Shown piece by piece: positions 11,456 to 20,545 of a DNA stretch of 64,000 bases (positions are counted from its first letter, which is position 1; each line of letters opens with the position of its first letter). The position numbers and the translations under genes are program-made. Source of the DNA: Nitrososphaerota archaeon (GTDB lineage: Archaea > Thermoproteota > Nitrososphaeria_A > Caldarchaeales > Caldarchaeaceae); assembly GCA_041641305.1 (NCBI GenBank), contig JBEPYN010000001.1, positions 480,001-544,000 of the forward strand, in the 5' to 3' direction. The notes under the pieces were generated by a model. That model did no database searches. It saw nothing but the letters and a program-made list of their open reading frames with translations, and was not told where the DNA came from.

Positions 11456-12547
11456 CTCACTAATTATTCTCTCAACCTCGAACCCGCTGAGCCTAACATG
11501 GTCTAGAACGGTGCCTTGTGCCCTCCTTATCTCAAGTGTCTCGACAAGCTCGGAATATTTTCCGCCGCCGAGGCCGTTTGCTATCAGAGCCGCGCCCATA
11601 GCCACATCCTTTGCACGTTTTGCGAAAACATTCGTGGGCCTCCGCGTCTTCAACCCCAGCTTCCTCTGAAGCCATGCGGCCACGGCTTCACGTATAGGCT
11701 CAACCCTCGAGAGACGGCCCGTCAAAATCACCTCCCGCGGCCTCTTCTCCATAACAGCCGCCAGCATGGCGACAGCCTTGCCAACACCCTCGACAAAGCA
11801 GCGGAAAGCATCGGCGTAATCACTGTTTAGGCCTGCGGCCAGTTTTTCGACTTCAACCTTCGTTCCCGCCGCAATCCATGAAACTCCTCCCTCGAAAAGC
11901 GTCTTTTTACTGAAGCCACCAAGAAGATAGGCGAGCTCGCCGTCCATCAGCCCGATAGATAGGTATCCGGGACCTGGGAAAATGGTTCCACCCACTCCGT
12001 CCACGATTTTCCCGTTCTCCACAGCCATGGCTGCGTTGTATCCCAGCCCCATCTCCACGCAAATCAGAGATGTTTCATCATACCTTATGCCATGGACCAT
12101 CGACTGGTCCCAAACCGCATAAGCTGTCACACATGTCTTGTCCGCCGTGCCCATGTCTATTTTGTTGTATTTCCTGTGTGCTGGGACGGTTGGGAGCTGA
12201 ACTACTCCCGGCAGAGTATATCCATTCACACGTCGTTCACGGAGCATGCGGAGCATCGACCTCACACCCGAGAGCACCGGAGCACCATAGTCGCTCCTAC
12301 GCTCCAGAGTAGTCAGAGCAAGATCCTTTTCATCGATTTCGCTCAGCTTCTTGAAGCTTAGGCCATAGCCCGACGGCCCTACAACTAAATCAGGCTTGAC
12401 GGAGAGAACCATTTCTACGACTTCCGCGGGCCTCTCAGCCACTTTAGACGATGGAATCGTCTCGTCGAGAACAACATTGTCCACATCGTCCTCGATGCAG
12501 AGGATGTCGAAGTTACCCGTGCCCGGGTCGATTCCCAAAGCCCTCAT
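11441..12547 (-). CDS. DUF1464-family ASKHA/butyrate-kinase-like protein
   Basis: GIDPGT, GPSGYG, LPGVVQLPTVP..RK.N.IDMGTADK, GKIVDGVGG. Confidence 0.8.
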   Translation of the reverse strand: MRALGIDPGTGNFDILCIEDDVDNVVLDETIPSSKVAERPAEVVEMVLSVKPDLVVGPSGYGLSFKKLSEIDEKDLALTTLERRSDYGAPVLSGVRSMLRMLRERRVNGYTLPGVVQLPTVPAHRKYNKIDMGTADKTCVTAYAVWDQSMVHGIRYDETSLICVEMGLGYNAAMAVENGKIVDGVGGTIFPGPGYLSIGLMDGELAYLLGGFSKKTLFEGGVSWIAAGTKVEVEKLAAGLNSDYADAFRCFVEGVGKAVAMLAAVMEKRPREVILTGRLSRVEPIREAVAAWLQRKLGLKTRRPTNVFAKRAKDVAMGAALIANGLGGGKYSELVETLEIRRAQGTVLDHVRLSGFEVERIISELRSD

Positions 12548-12575
12548 AATGGGTTGAAAAAATGGTGATGGTTTT

Positions 12576-13760
12576 TTAGTTTTTTTGGGATGTTGGGAGG
12601 CTTATTCTTAGGTTTGTCAGTGTTTGTCGGAGGCCTGTGTCGCGGCTTATGCCGAGTGTTATGAGGCCGATGCTGAAGCTCAAGGGCAGCAGGTAAGCTA
12701 GGGTCGGGTTGATGGAGTAGAGGCTGAAGGATGGCAGTATAGGAGGTATGATGGCTCTCCAGAAGTCATAGTGTAGAGCGAGAGTTGGCATGCCGAGGAA
12801 AATTGTCGAGAGCAAGACCGTCATGCTGTAGATGCTGCCGCTTCCTGCTCTCCACTCTGTGCTGTAGATGCATGAACCCGCTAAAGCGATTCCTACGCCG
12901 AAGATCAGGCCGCCCAACGCTATCTGTATTTGGCTGATGTTGGGGACCACGCCGCCGAAGCCTATCGGTATTCCGAGAAGCTGGAGAATGTATATTCCGG
13001 TTGAGAATGTTAGAAGAATTATCCCAATTGCTTTGACGTTGACCCAGCTCGCTATCTGTTTGTTGACTAGGTCTCGGTAGCATGAGCCGAAGCAAATCCC
13101 TGAAAAGGTTCCCAACGCACCAAACGCTATTCCCGCGGCCCAGAACACGGCGACAACAGGTGGCAGAAAAGGTATCAACGCAACACCCAGCACCCCAAGC
13201 AGAATACCCACAACCTTCTGCAAACCTGTGGCCGGTAGGTAGGAGAATTTGTGAGCCCTAGCCCTGAACATGAAGAACTTCTCTGTAACCTTCAAGCCAC
13301 CATACACTCCCACAAGCAGCGCAGCTGTGAAGGTGATTGCGTTGATGCCTGCCGCCGTCCATGCTGATAGGAAGTTTCCGATGTTGCATCCCAGCGCAAG
13401 CCTCGAGCCGTAGCCAAGCAAAAACCCACCAACGATAGCCTGCAAAAGCATCCATCTGTTGGGCAGATGCCGGAGCAGAAACTGTCCAGAGAGTAGGGCT
13501 GGCAACGCTCCTCCCAACAAAATAGCTAGCACGATCGTCTGGGCCGGGTCCGAGAAAACAGGCACGAGCTTGAACTGCTGATAGTAGGTCAGCGACTCGA
13601 CTGGTAGGCCGAGTAGGTTGTAGAGATGGCCACCGATCTTCGATTCACCGCTTGTTATCCCCCAGAGACTGCCGCGTCCCGTCACCGAATAAACGGCAAC
13701 AGCTATTCCGACCGATACGAGCCCTATAAGAAATGCTGATACGTATGTTTTTCGCGACAT
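12576..13760 (-). CDS. YeeE/YedE thiosulfate (sulfur compound) transporter
   Basis: GSRLALGCNIG, ICF and LAGSC Cys-containing loops; divergent from a TusA-like gene. Confidence 0.85.
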   Translation of the reverse strand: MSRKTYVSAFLIGLVSVGIAVAVYSVTGRGSLWGITSGESKIGGHLYNLLGLPVESLTYYQQFKLVPVFSDPAQTIVLAILLGGALPALLSGQFLLRHLPNRWMLLQAIVGGFLLGYGSRLALGCNIGNFLSAWTAAGINAITFTAALLVGVYGGLKVTEKFFMFRARAHKFSYLPATGLQKVVGILLGVLGVALIPFLPPVVAVFWAAGIAFGALGTFSGICFGSCYRDLVNKQIASWVNVKAIGIILLTFSTGIYILQLLGIPIGFGGVVPNISQIQIALGGLIFGVGIALAGSCIYSTEWRAGSGSIYSMTVLLSTIFLGMPTLALHYDFWRAIIPPILPSFSLYSINPTLAYLLPLSFSIGLITLGISRDTGLRQTLTNLRISLPTSQKN

Positions 13761-13809
13761 CTTTTCACCTCTTTTACGCTTCTTGAATATTTCGCCAATA
13801 TAAAAGTAT

Positions 13810-13838
13810 TATTAGGTTTAACTAATAGTAAACTAATA
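13810..13838. promoter_or_regulatory. Candidate operator in the divergent yeeE/tusA promoter region
   Basis: TATTAG-N6-CTAATA inverted repeat (13810-13827) plus AACTAATA direct repeat at 11-bp spacing (13820, 13831) in an AT-rich intergenic region. Confidence 0.35.
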
Positions 13839-13879
13839 CCAAAATAAAGTATTTAAACCACCGAAGATAATCATAAACC

Positions 13880-14152
13880 ATGACACAAAGCATAGAGCAT
13901 ATGCTGAAGAAGGTCGAGGAGAAAAGGTATGTCCTTGATGTCCGCGGCTATTCATGCCCTTACCCACAGCTTTTCCTCGCACAAGCTCTCAAAGCCGTCG
14001 AGAAAGACTCCTTTCTCGAAGTCCTAACGGATAACCCGCCGTCAACAGAAACCCTGCCCCGCTCCATACGCAACAACAAACAAGAATATGTCGGCACCGA
14101 GGTTGTCCAGCCCGGGGTCTGGAAAATAACCGCAAAAAAGGTTACCGCCTAG
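13880..14152 (+). CDS. TusA/YedF-family sulfurtransferase
   Basis: LDVRGYSCPYP motif. Confidence 0.9.
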   Translation: MTQSIEHMLKKVEEKRYVLDVRGYSCPYPQLFLAQALKAVEKDSFLEVLTDNPPSTETLPRSIRNNKQEYVGTEVVQPGVWKITAKKVTA

Positions 14153-15204
14153 ACGAGCAGCAGCGAGCTTTTGATGACTGAGACGTCGGAAACACCCTCC
14201 TCGATATACTTCGCGATTGTCGAGAGGTTGCGTACCTCGGCCTCCTTTAGGTAGATGAAGGCCATGAGGTTCAGCTGTTTGAAGGGTGTCTTGTAGAAGC
14301 TTTGTGAAGCCCATTTCACGCGATAGATCTTCACCGTCTCCTCGATATCTGAAACAACCTGTGCCACATCCTGCTCAGAACGTATTTTGCTAAACAAAGG
14401 GCTCTCCGGCAGTTGGGCCAACACTTTTTTCACATCATCGGCCTCAACCAAATCGTCTAACAACCGTCTAGGCACCTCGACGGTCTCCTCGGGCAAAAAC
14501 TCTCTCAGGTTGCTGGGCACAAGTCCCCACAGCCGACCCCTTATCGCTATCGCAAATGCTCTCAAATCTATTTCGAGAACCATGGCGGGCTGGAGAAGTT
14601 TTCTCTCGTCTCGTGGAGTTTTCTTATATGCTTTGTACAGTTGTTGGATGTAGTCTTTATCTATTACGGCGTCGACTGCGGAGAAATCTCTCCGACTGTT
14701 CCAAACTTCGACCGCCTTCTGCACTATGCTGTGATAGGGTGTGGCGAGAAATTCTTTGAGAAACTCCGCCAAATCCTTGGCCGTTAAAGCTCTTAGGGCA
14801 GTGTCACGGACCCCAAGCAGCTCCTCTGGATAAAGATCTATCCGCTTCAAAACCTCATCCTGTGACAAGCCCAGTGCCCTTGACTTGAGAATGGTCTTGA
14901 TGTTGAAGTAAACGTATCGCATAAACAGCGCTTTCAACAAGTTTGGCCGATTAGCTGTTTGAACCAGTTTATGATGGATGTTTACGAGTCCGTGTGTGAG
15001 AGCTTTTTCGATATCGACGGCGGTGTATGGTTTCTGTAACATGGCGAGAAACGGGCCGTATGTTGTTGCTCGGAGCCTGTCTACGAAGTCTGAAAGGTTT
15101 TTGGAGTATGCAATATCCTCGAGCCCTGTTGGTGTTAATAGCAGTGATTTGAGGGCGTAGACCTTTGTGACTGCGTAGACGGGGTCTCCGCGAAGCGTCA
15201 CCAC
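14149..15204 (-). CDS. A/V-type ATP synthase subunit C
   Basis: N-terminal YAVTKVYALKSLLL, NIKTILKS, D.xNL-like motif, C-terminal YLKEAEVRNL. Confidence 0.85.
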   Translation of the reverse strand: MVTLRGDPVYAVTKVYALKSLLLTPTGLEDIAYSKNLSDFVDRLRATTYGPFLAMLQKPYTAVDIEKALTHGLVNIHHKLVQTANRPNLLKALFMRYVYFNIKTILKSRALGLSQDEVLKRIDLYPEELLGVRDTALRALTAKDLAEFLKEFLATPYHSIVQKAVEVWNSRRDFSAVDAVIDKDYIQQLYKAYKKTPRDERKLLQPAMVLEIDLRAFAIAIRGRLWGLVPSNLREFLPEETVEVPRRLLDDLVEADDVKKVLAQLPESPLFSKIRSEQDVAQVVSDIEETVKIYRVKWASQSFYKTPFKQLNLMAFIYLKEAEVRNLSTIAKYIEEGVSDVSVIKSSLLLV

Positions 15205-15210
15205 GGCTGC

Positions 15211-15540
15211 TCAGCTCCGAATGCCTAGAAGGGCTTTTCTCACAAGTTCTTCGGCCTGAGGCTTGACCTGCTCAGCTCTTCTCCTCACCTTCTCAACCTC
15301 ATACACACCCCTAGCCTGAATCTCCCGAGCCGCTTCCTCTGCTTTGCCAACCTCCTCATCATACAGCCTGCTCTGCCAAGCCCTCATCTCCTCCAAAACA
15401 GCCTGCCTTCTCTTCTCCGCCTCAACATACGCCATGTCGAGAAGAGCACGTCTCATCGAGTTAGCGAGGTCATTAACTTCGTCGATAACTTTCTCAACCT
15501 GCTGAAGCTCATCAAGTATTTTCCGTAGCTCGTCGACCAC
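15211..15540 (-). CDS. Probable A-type ATP synthase subunit H (peripheral-stalk coiled coil)
   Basis: 109-aa charged helical protein directly upstream of subunit C. Confidence 0.6.
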   Translation of the reverse strand: MVDELRKILDELQQVEKVIDEVNDLANSMRRALLDMAYVEAEKRRQAVLEEMRAWQSRLYDEEVGKAEEAAREIQARGVYEVEKVRRRAEQVKPQAEELVRKALLGIRS

Positions 15541-15590
15541 GGAAAACCCCTATACACCCCCGTTATAACCTTATTTCGGTCCAGCACCAT

Positions 15591-15884
15591 ATGCCGACGA
15601 TGACGGACATCGCCGACGAAGTGAGAAAAGCTCTCGCTATGCTGCGGGACCCAGTCTCAAACGCTCCAGCGATCTTTCTCGAATGCAAAGTCGTGATAGA
15701 GAAAGTTGAGGAGAACATTCTACACATCATATTGTATGCACGTGACCCCTATTCTCCGAAGATGCTAGCCTATGCGGAGGCGGCAAAAAGAATTGCATCC
15801 AAAACAGTTGGGGTCGCTAAGGTGTACGTCGAGGTACGCAACCATTTCATGGCTGAGCAGATCAACCTAATGCTGAATGGATAA
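15591..15884 (+). CDS. DUF59/MIP18-like Fe-S assembly domain protein
   Basis: VRKALAMLRDP..., GVAKVYVEV, NHFMAEQIN pattern; the usual Cys appears replaced by Ser (PYSP). Confidence 0.55.
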   Translation: MPTMTDIADEVRKALAMLRDPVSNAPAIFLECKVVIEKVEENILHIILYARDPYSPKMLAYAEAAKRIASKTVGVAKVYVEVRNHFMAEQINLMLNG

Positions 15885-15916
15885 TCATCCTTTTATCCAA
15901 CCATATAGGCTGTTGG

Positions 15917-17110
15917 ATGGACATGAGCACGAACTTTTTCGGCGAGAGAACCGTTTTGATGATTCCTGGTCCAACGGAGCTTCATCCGGCTGTCCAGCGT
16001 GTGCTCAACTCGCCTATTATGGCGCATTACGGTCCCGAGTGGGCTCCCATCTACAACGAAACCCTCAAGCTCGCGGCCTCCATCTTCAAGACAAAGCAGG
16101 AGGTTTTCATGATGCCGACACCCGGCACAGTTGCTTTAGAGACGGGTGTGGTTAGCCTGGTTGAGCCTGGTGAGAAGGTTGCGGCGGTTGTCAATGGGTT
16201 TTTCAGCGAAAGGCTAGCCGAAATAGCGTCTTTAACAGGAGCGGAGACCATAAAGGTGACGGCTGAGCTGGGCAAGGTCGTCGACCCCAACGAGCTTGAC
16301 AACGTGCTGAGCAAAAACAAAGATGTGAAGGCTGTTCTCGCTGTCCAAAACGAGACGTCAACGGGTGTGTTGAACCCTATTCCCGAGTACGCCAAAGTTG
16401 CTAAGCAGCATGACGCTCTCGTCATCGTGGACGCTATCTCATCCTACGGCGGAGTTGAGATGGAGTTCGACAGCTGGGATATCGACTTCTGCGTGGGATA
16501 TGCCAACAAGTGTCTCGGCAGCATCCCCGGCACAGTCCCAGTGGCCGTAAGCGAGAAGGGCTGGGAAACCTTTAGGAGGAGAAAAAAACAGCCAAGGTCC
16601 TTTTTCACCAACCTCGGCGTCTGGCGACACTATATCGACGAATGGGCTCCAATCGGTCACCCCTATCCCACAACCATAAGTCCCCACGCAGTTCTGTGCT
16701 TCAAAGCCGCCGCAGAGGCCCTGCTTCAAGAGGGGCTGGAAAACCGTTACAGACGCCACCGGCTTGTGTCTGCAGCTTTTAGAAAAGCTGTAAGAGCCAT
16801 GGGCCTCGAAACACTGCCCGACGAAAGAGACGCATCACCCGTGGTTACCGCAGTCGCCCTACCATCATCACTCTGGAAAGACGGTGGAAAAGTCGGCCAA
16901 ATAATGCTGCAGAAACACCGCATCATGATAGGCGGAGGACTCGCACAACTACATAACAAAATAATCCGCATAGGACACATGTGCGTAACGGCGAGCAGCA
17001 GATACATCGTACCAACCCTGGCAGCACTTAGAGACACCTTCCAACAACTCGGCTACAGCCTAAACGACGGCGTAGAACCCTTCATGAATAATTTGAAGGA
17101 TGCAAGCTAA
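15917..17110 (+). CDS. Class V aminotransferase (alanine-glyoxylate/serine-pyruvate type)
   Basis: LMIPGP, NETSTGV, VDAISS, NKCL (PLP Lys), IRIGHM. Confidence 0.92.
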   Translation: MDMSTNFFGERTVLMIPGPTELHPAVQRVLNSPIMAHYGPEWAPIYNETLKLAASIFKTKQEVFMMPTPGTVALETGVVSLVEPGEKVAAVVNGFFSERLAEIASLTGAETIKVTAELGKVVDPNELDNVLSKNKDVKAVLAVQNETSTGVLNPIPEYAKVAKQHDALVIVDAISSYGGVEMEFDSWDIDFCVGYANKCLGSIPGTVPVAVSEKGWETFRRRKKQPRSFFTNLGVWRHYIDEWAPIGHPYPTTISPHAVLCFKAAAEALLQEGLENRYRRHRLVSAAFRKAVRAMGLETLPDERDASPVVTAVALPSSLWKDGGKVGQIMLQKHRIMIGGGLAQLHNKIIRIGHMCVTASSRYIVPTLAALRDTFQQLGYSLNDGVEPFMNNLKDAS

Positions 17111-17141
17111 GCCTTAAATCAGTCAAAGCACCATCAATTGT

Positions 17142-17786
17142 ATGCCACTACTTAGTGAGAGAGACCGGAAAGCTGTTAGAGGCAGGCTCGAGAGTAATCT
17201 TGTTACCCCTGTCACGATGCGGGTTTTCACTCAGGAGTTTGAGTGCCAGTACTGCGCAGACCTTCGTACATTGGCTGAGGAGCTTGTCGAGATTGGTAAT
17301 GGGAAGCTTAGGCTTGAGGTTTATGATTTTGAGCGTGATGCAGATAAGGCCTCTGTATGGGGTGTGGACAAGATTCCAGCGCTGCTTCTACATGGTGCTA
17401 AGGAATACAAGGTTAGGTACTTTGGGCTGCCTGCGGGCTACGAGTTCGCGGCCCTTCTTGACGACATCATAGACGTGAGCAAGGGAGCCTCGCGTCTTTC
17501 GCCCAGCGTCAGGTCCAAGGTTAAGGAAATCAACAAACCTGTCCACATACAGGTCTTCGTCACACCCACTTGCCCATATTGTCCACGGGCTGTCCGGACA
17601 GCACATCAAATGGCGATAGAAAATGAGCTTATTACGGCTGACATGGTGGAGGCGATCGAGTTTCCGCATCTCGCCAACAAATACGACGTCATGGCCGTGC
17701 CCAAAGTCGTTATAAACGATAAAGTATCCTTCGAAGGGGCGTTGCCCGATACACATTTTCTCGAGCATGTTTTGATGGCTATTTGA
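17142..17786 (+). CDS. Protein disulfide oxidoreductase (two thioredoxin folds)
   Basis: CQYC and CPYC motifs, GLPAGYEF. Confidence 0.92.
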   Translation: MPLLSERDRKAVRGRLESNLVTPVTMRVFTQEFECQYCADLRTLAEELVEIGNGKLRLEVYDFERDADKASVWGVDKIPALLLHGAKEYKVRYFGLPAGYEFAALLDDIIDVSKGASRLSPSVRSKVKEINKPVHIQVFVTPTCPYCPRAVRTAHQMAIENELITADMVEAIEFPHLANKYDVMAVPKVVINDKVSFEGALPDTHFLEHVLMAI

Positions 17787-17803
17787 TGGAAAATCGTTAA
17801 AGC

Positions 17804-18736
17804 TTGGCTTGGCCGGTCTTCACCGGCTTGAAGGCTGTCTGGATGGATGGTGAGCTTGTTCCCTGGGAGCAGGCTAAGGTCCATGTGACCGTCAACGCTC
17901 TACACTATGGTACGGCTGTCTTCGAAGGCATAAGGGGCTACAGCCAAAACGAGGAGGTCTATGTTTTCCGTCTCCGAGACCATCTAAAAAGACTTGTTGA
18001 ATCCGCGAAAATAGTCATGTTCAACAACCCCTACACCGTTGAGCAGCTACAAGACGCGGTTATCAAAACCATAAGGGCCAACGGATACCGGTCAAACATC
18101 TACATCCGGCCGATAATTTACGCAGGTGAAAACATCATGTCGCTCAACGCAAGAGATCTGCCGATAAGAGTGTCGGTCATAGTTTTTCCGCTCGACAAGT
18201 TTTTCGGGAAAACTGGTTTGCGTGTGTGTGTTTCGTCTTGGCGAAGGCTTCCCGACACCTCTATGCCGCCGCGGGCGAAGGCCGCCGCCAATTATCTAAA
18301 CTCAATTCTTGCATCCACCGAGGCCAAGATGATGGGCTATGACGAGGCGCTGCTGCTTGACCACCAAGGCTACGTAAGCGAGGGAGCGGGTGAGAACCTT
18401 TTCCTCGTCAAAAACGGTGTTTTGGCGACCCCACCTACCTCTTCATCAATTCTCGAAGGAATAACGCGGGACACGGTGATAAAAATCGCCACTGACCAGG
18501 GCTTCAGGGTTGTTGAGCGGCCTATTTCGCGGACGGAGCTTTACACAGCCGATGAGCTGTTTTTCACGGGGACGGCGGCTGAAATAACTCCAATAGTGGA
18601 GGTTGATGGCAGGAAAATCGGCGACGGAGCAGCAGGCCTTATCACTAGCAGACTGAGCAAGCTCTACGAAAACATAGTTAGAGGCCTTGAGCCGCGTTAC
18701 AGAGAATGGCTCACACCGGTGTATGGTTCCCAGTAG
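17804..18736 (+). CDS. ilvE: Branched-chain amino acid aminotransferase
   Basis: LHYGTAVFEGIR, YIRP, AKAAANY, EGAGEN, LEGITR, GTAAE. Confidence 0.95.
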   Translation: MAWPVFTGLKAVWMDGELVPWEQAKVHVTVNALHYGTAVFEGIRGYSQNEEVYVFRLRDHLKRLVESAKIVMFNNPYTVEQLQDAVIKTIRANGYRSNIYIRPIIYAGENIMSLNARDLPIRVSVIVFPLDKFFGKTGLRVCVSSWRRLPDTSMPPRAKAAANYLNSILASTEAKMMGYDEALLLDHQGYVSEGAGENLFLVKNGVLATPPTSSSILEGITRDTVIKIATDQGFRVVERPISRTELYTADELFFTGTAAEITPIVEVDGRKIGDGAAGLITSRLSKLYENIVRGLEPRYREWLTPVYGSQ

Positions 18737-18748
18737 GGGTGGTTTGGG

Positions 18749-19072
18749 TTGAAATGTGATGTCTGCGGCGAGTCTGTGCCATATTTGTTGTTGAGGCTGG
18801 ATAAGCCGCGTTGCTCCAAGGGTCACGAGCTGGGTGTATGGGTCGCGTGCGGGAACCCCGAGGAGAGCCATGTCTATCTCTGGAAAGAAGGTATGAAATG
18901 CCCCTACTGCGGTGACGAAAAACATCAGCCCATGTCTCGAGGCGTTAAGGTCAGATGCCTAAACGTGGGTCCGAGCGGTCCATGCAACTATCCCTACTAC
19001 ACCTGGCTCGAAGACGGGCCACCCTGCCACATGAACCACCTGAGCAAAATAGCGGTGGTGAAAAACGCATAG
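18749..19072 (+). CDS. Small Cys/His-rich putative multi-zinc-binding protein
   Basis: CDVC, CSKGH, CGN..H, CPYC, CLN..C, PCH in 107 aa; co-oriented between ilvE and sua5. Confidence 0.65.
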   Translation: MKCDVCGESVPYLLLRLDKPRCSKGHELGVWVACGNPEESHVYLWKEGMKCPYCGDEKHQPMSRGVKVRCLNVGPSGPCNYPYYTWLEDGPPCHMNHLSKIAVVKNA

Positions 19073-19079
19073 ACACCCT

Positions 19080-19676
19080 TTGCTTGCGGCCGTAAACGCC
19101 GCGGCAGAGGCCATAAAACGCGGTGGCGTGATAATTTACCCGACTGATACGGTTTACGGTATTGGCTGCGACCCCTTCAACCTCGACGCAGTACAACGGG
19201 TTATCGATGCTAAGAAGCGGGAGAAGAAGCCCGCCCCGGTTCTGGTAAGCGACCTGGACCAGCTTAACGAGGTTGCTGAGCCGACTGAGGAGGAGCTGGA
19301 GGCCGCTATTCGTCTCTGGCCCGGGGCTGTAACAATCGTGATGGCTAAGAGACCTGAACTGCCTGATCTGGTCACGGCGGGTGAGAAAACAGTAGGGGTG
19401 AGGATGCCCGCACACATGGTTCCTCTCATGATTATGCAGAAGACCCGCAGACCCTTGGTTGGCACGAGCGCCAACATATCCGGAGAACCGGCGGCAACAA
19501 CCGTGGACCAAATACCCTCAAGCGTCCTCGAGAGTGTGGACGTTGTCGTAGACGCTGGCAAAACACCTCATCAACTACCGTCGACCGTTGTGAGAATTCA
19601 GCGAGGTGATGTTATTGTTTTGCGTGAGGGCGCGGTGTCCCGCGAAGAGATTATGCGGAGGATTGGGCTTAGATGA
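19080..19676 (+). CDS. sua5: L-threonylcarbamoyladenylate synthase (TsaC/Sua5, YrdC domain only)
   Basis: YPTDTVYG, KKR, WPGAVT, TSANISG, PST. Confidence 0.92.
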   Translation: MLAAVNAAAEAIKRGGVIIYPTDTVYGIGCDPFNLDAVQRVIDAKKREKKPAPVLVSDLDQLNEVAEPTEEELEAAIRLWPGAVTIVMAKRPELPDLVTAGEKTVGVRMPAHMVPLMIMQKTRRPLVGTSANISGEPAATTVDQIPSSVLESVDVVVDAGKTPHQLPSTVVRIQRGDVIVLREGAVSREEIMRRIGLR

Positions 19677-20211
19677 GGGTTGAGGCTATTTTCTGCATTA
19701 TTGCGAGCTTGAGTGCTTCGGTGCTTGTTTTCGCTTGGACGGATTTGTAAATTTTGTCGCTAATTCCGTAGAGTTCAGCGAACCGTGTTGGGTTAGGGTT
19801 TTTCGGCAAATCTATCTCACCGCCCTCAGCAAGAGACAGAACCGTCGCCGCCTTCTCCTTAACCTGTTCCAGAGAACCTCCCAGCACAAGAAAAACCGCC
19901 CTATCGCATCCGGGGTTAAGCCCAACCTTCTCGATGGCTTCGCTGATTTGTGTGGTCGCGGCAAGCCGTATCAACACCTCATTGGACAGAGTGCGCGCCC
20001 TCTGTCGGCCAGCCCGTATGGCCAAGACCGCGTTCACGAGAGCAGCGTCGAAAACGTCCCAGTCAAGTACAGAGTCTGCGTCAAAGACCTGCGCATCATC
20101 CACGCTGCCACGCACCCTCTCCACAAAATCTTGGACAGCTTTGTCACGCAGCCTAACGACGCCGGCGGCGAAAAACAAATCCAAAACTTTTCCCACCCTC
20201 ATCTCAGCCAC
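19669..20211 (-). CDS. cgi121: KEOPS complex subunit Cgi121
   Basis: AQVFDAD, ARTLSNEVLIRLAATTQISEAIEKVG. Confidence 0.85.
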   Translation of the reverse strand: MAEMRVGKVLDLFFAAGVVRLRDKAVQDFVERVRGSVDDAQVFDADSVLDWDVFDAALVNAVLAIRAGRQRARTLSNEVLIRLAATTQISEAIEKVGLNPGCDRAVFLVLGGSLEQVKEKAATVLSLAEGGEIDLPKNPNPTRFAELYGISDKIYKSVQAKTSTEALKLAIMQKIASTLI

Positions 20212-20470
20212 CGTGGATGGAGGGTATCACCGTAACCACATCATCCTCGTCAACCACTGTGTCCAGCCAAGTTAGATACCGCACGTCAATACCGTTAACC
20301 AGTATAAGCAGCCCAGGCTGAGGCCGCCCAGCCTCATCCATAATCATCCGCCGAACCTCCTCACCAAACATCATAAAAACATCCCTCAACCGAATCGGCT
20401 CCTTCAACTCCATTTCGACGTACCTCTTCCCCACCACCGCCCTCAGAGGACCCAGCAACTCAACCCTCAA
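20204..20470 (-). CDS. Urm1/SAMP/MoaD-like ubiquitin-fold sulfur carrier
   Basis: C-terminal VTVIPSIHGG and PGLLILVNG; start reassigned to the TTG at 20470 because the longer ORF overlaps the next gene. Confidence 0.85.
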   Translation of the reverse strand: MRVELLGPLRAVVGKRYVEMELKEPIRLRDVFMMFGEEVRRMIMDEAGRPQPGLLILVNGIDVRYLTWLDTVVDEDDVVTVIPSIHGG

Positions 20471-20545
20471 CACAGACCACTCAAGCAACGCTGTAAAAAA
20501 CTTATCAGAAGAAAATTTTTTAGATATTCCTCCAAACTCAAGGCC

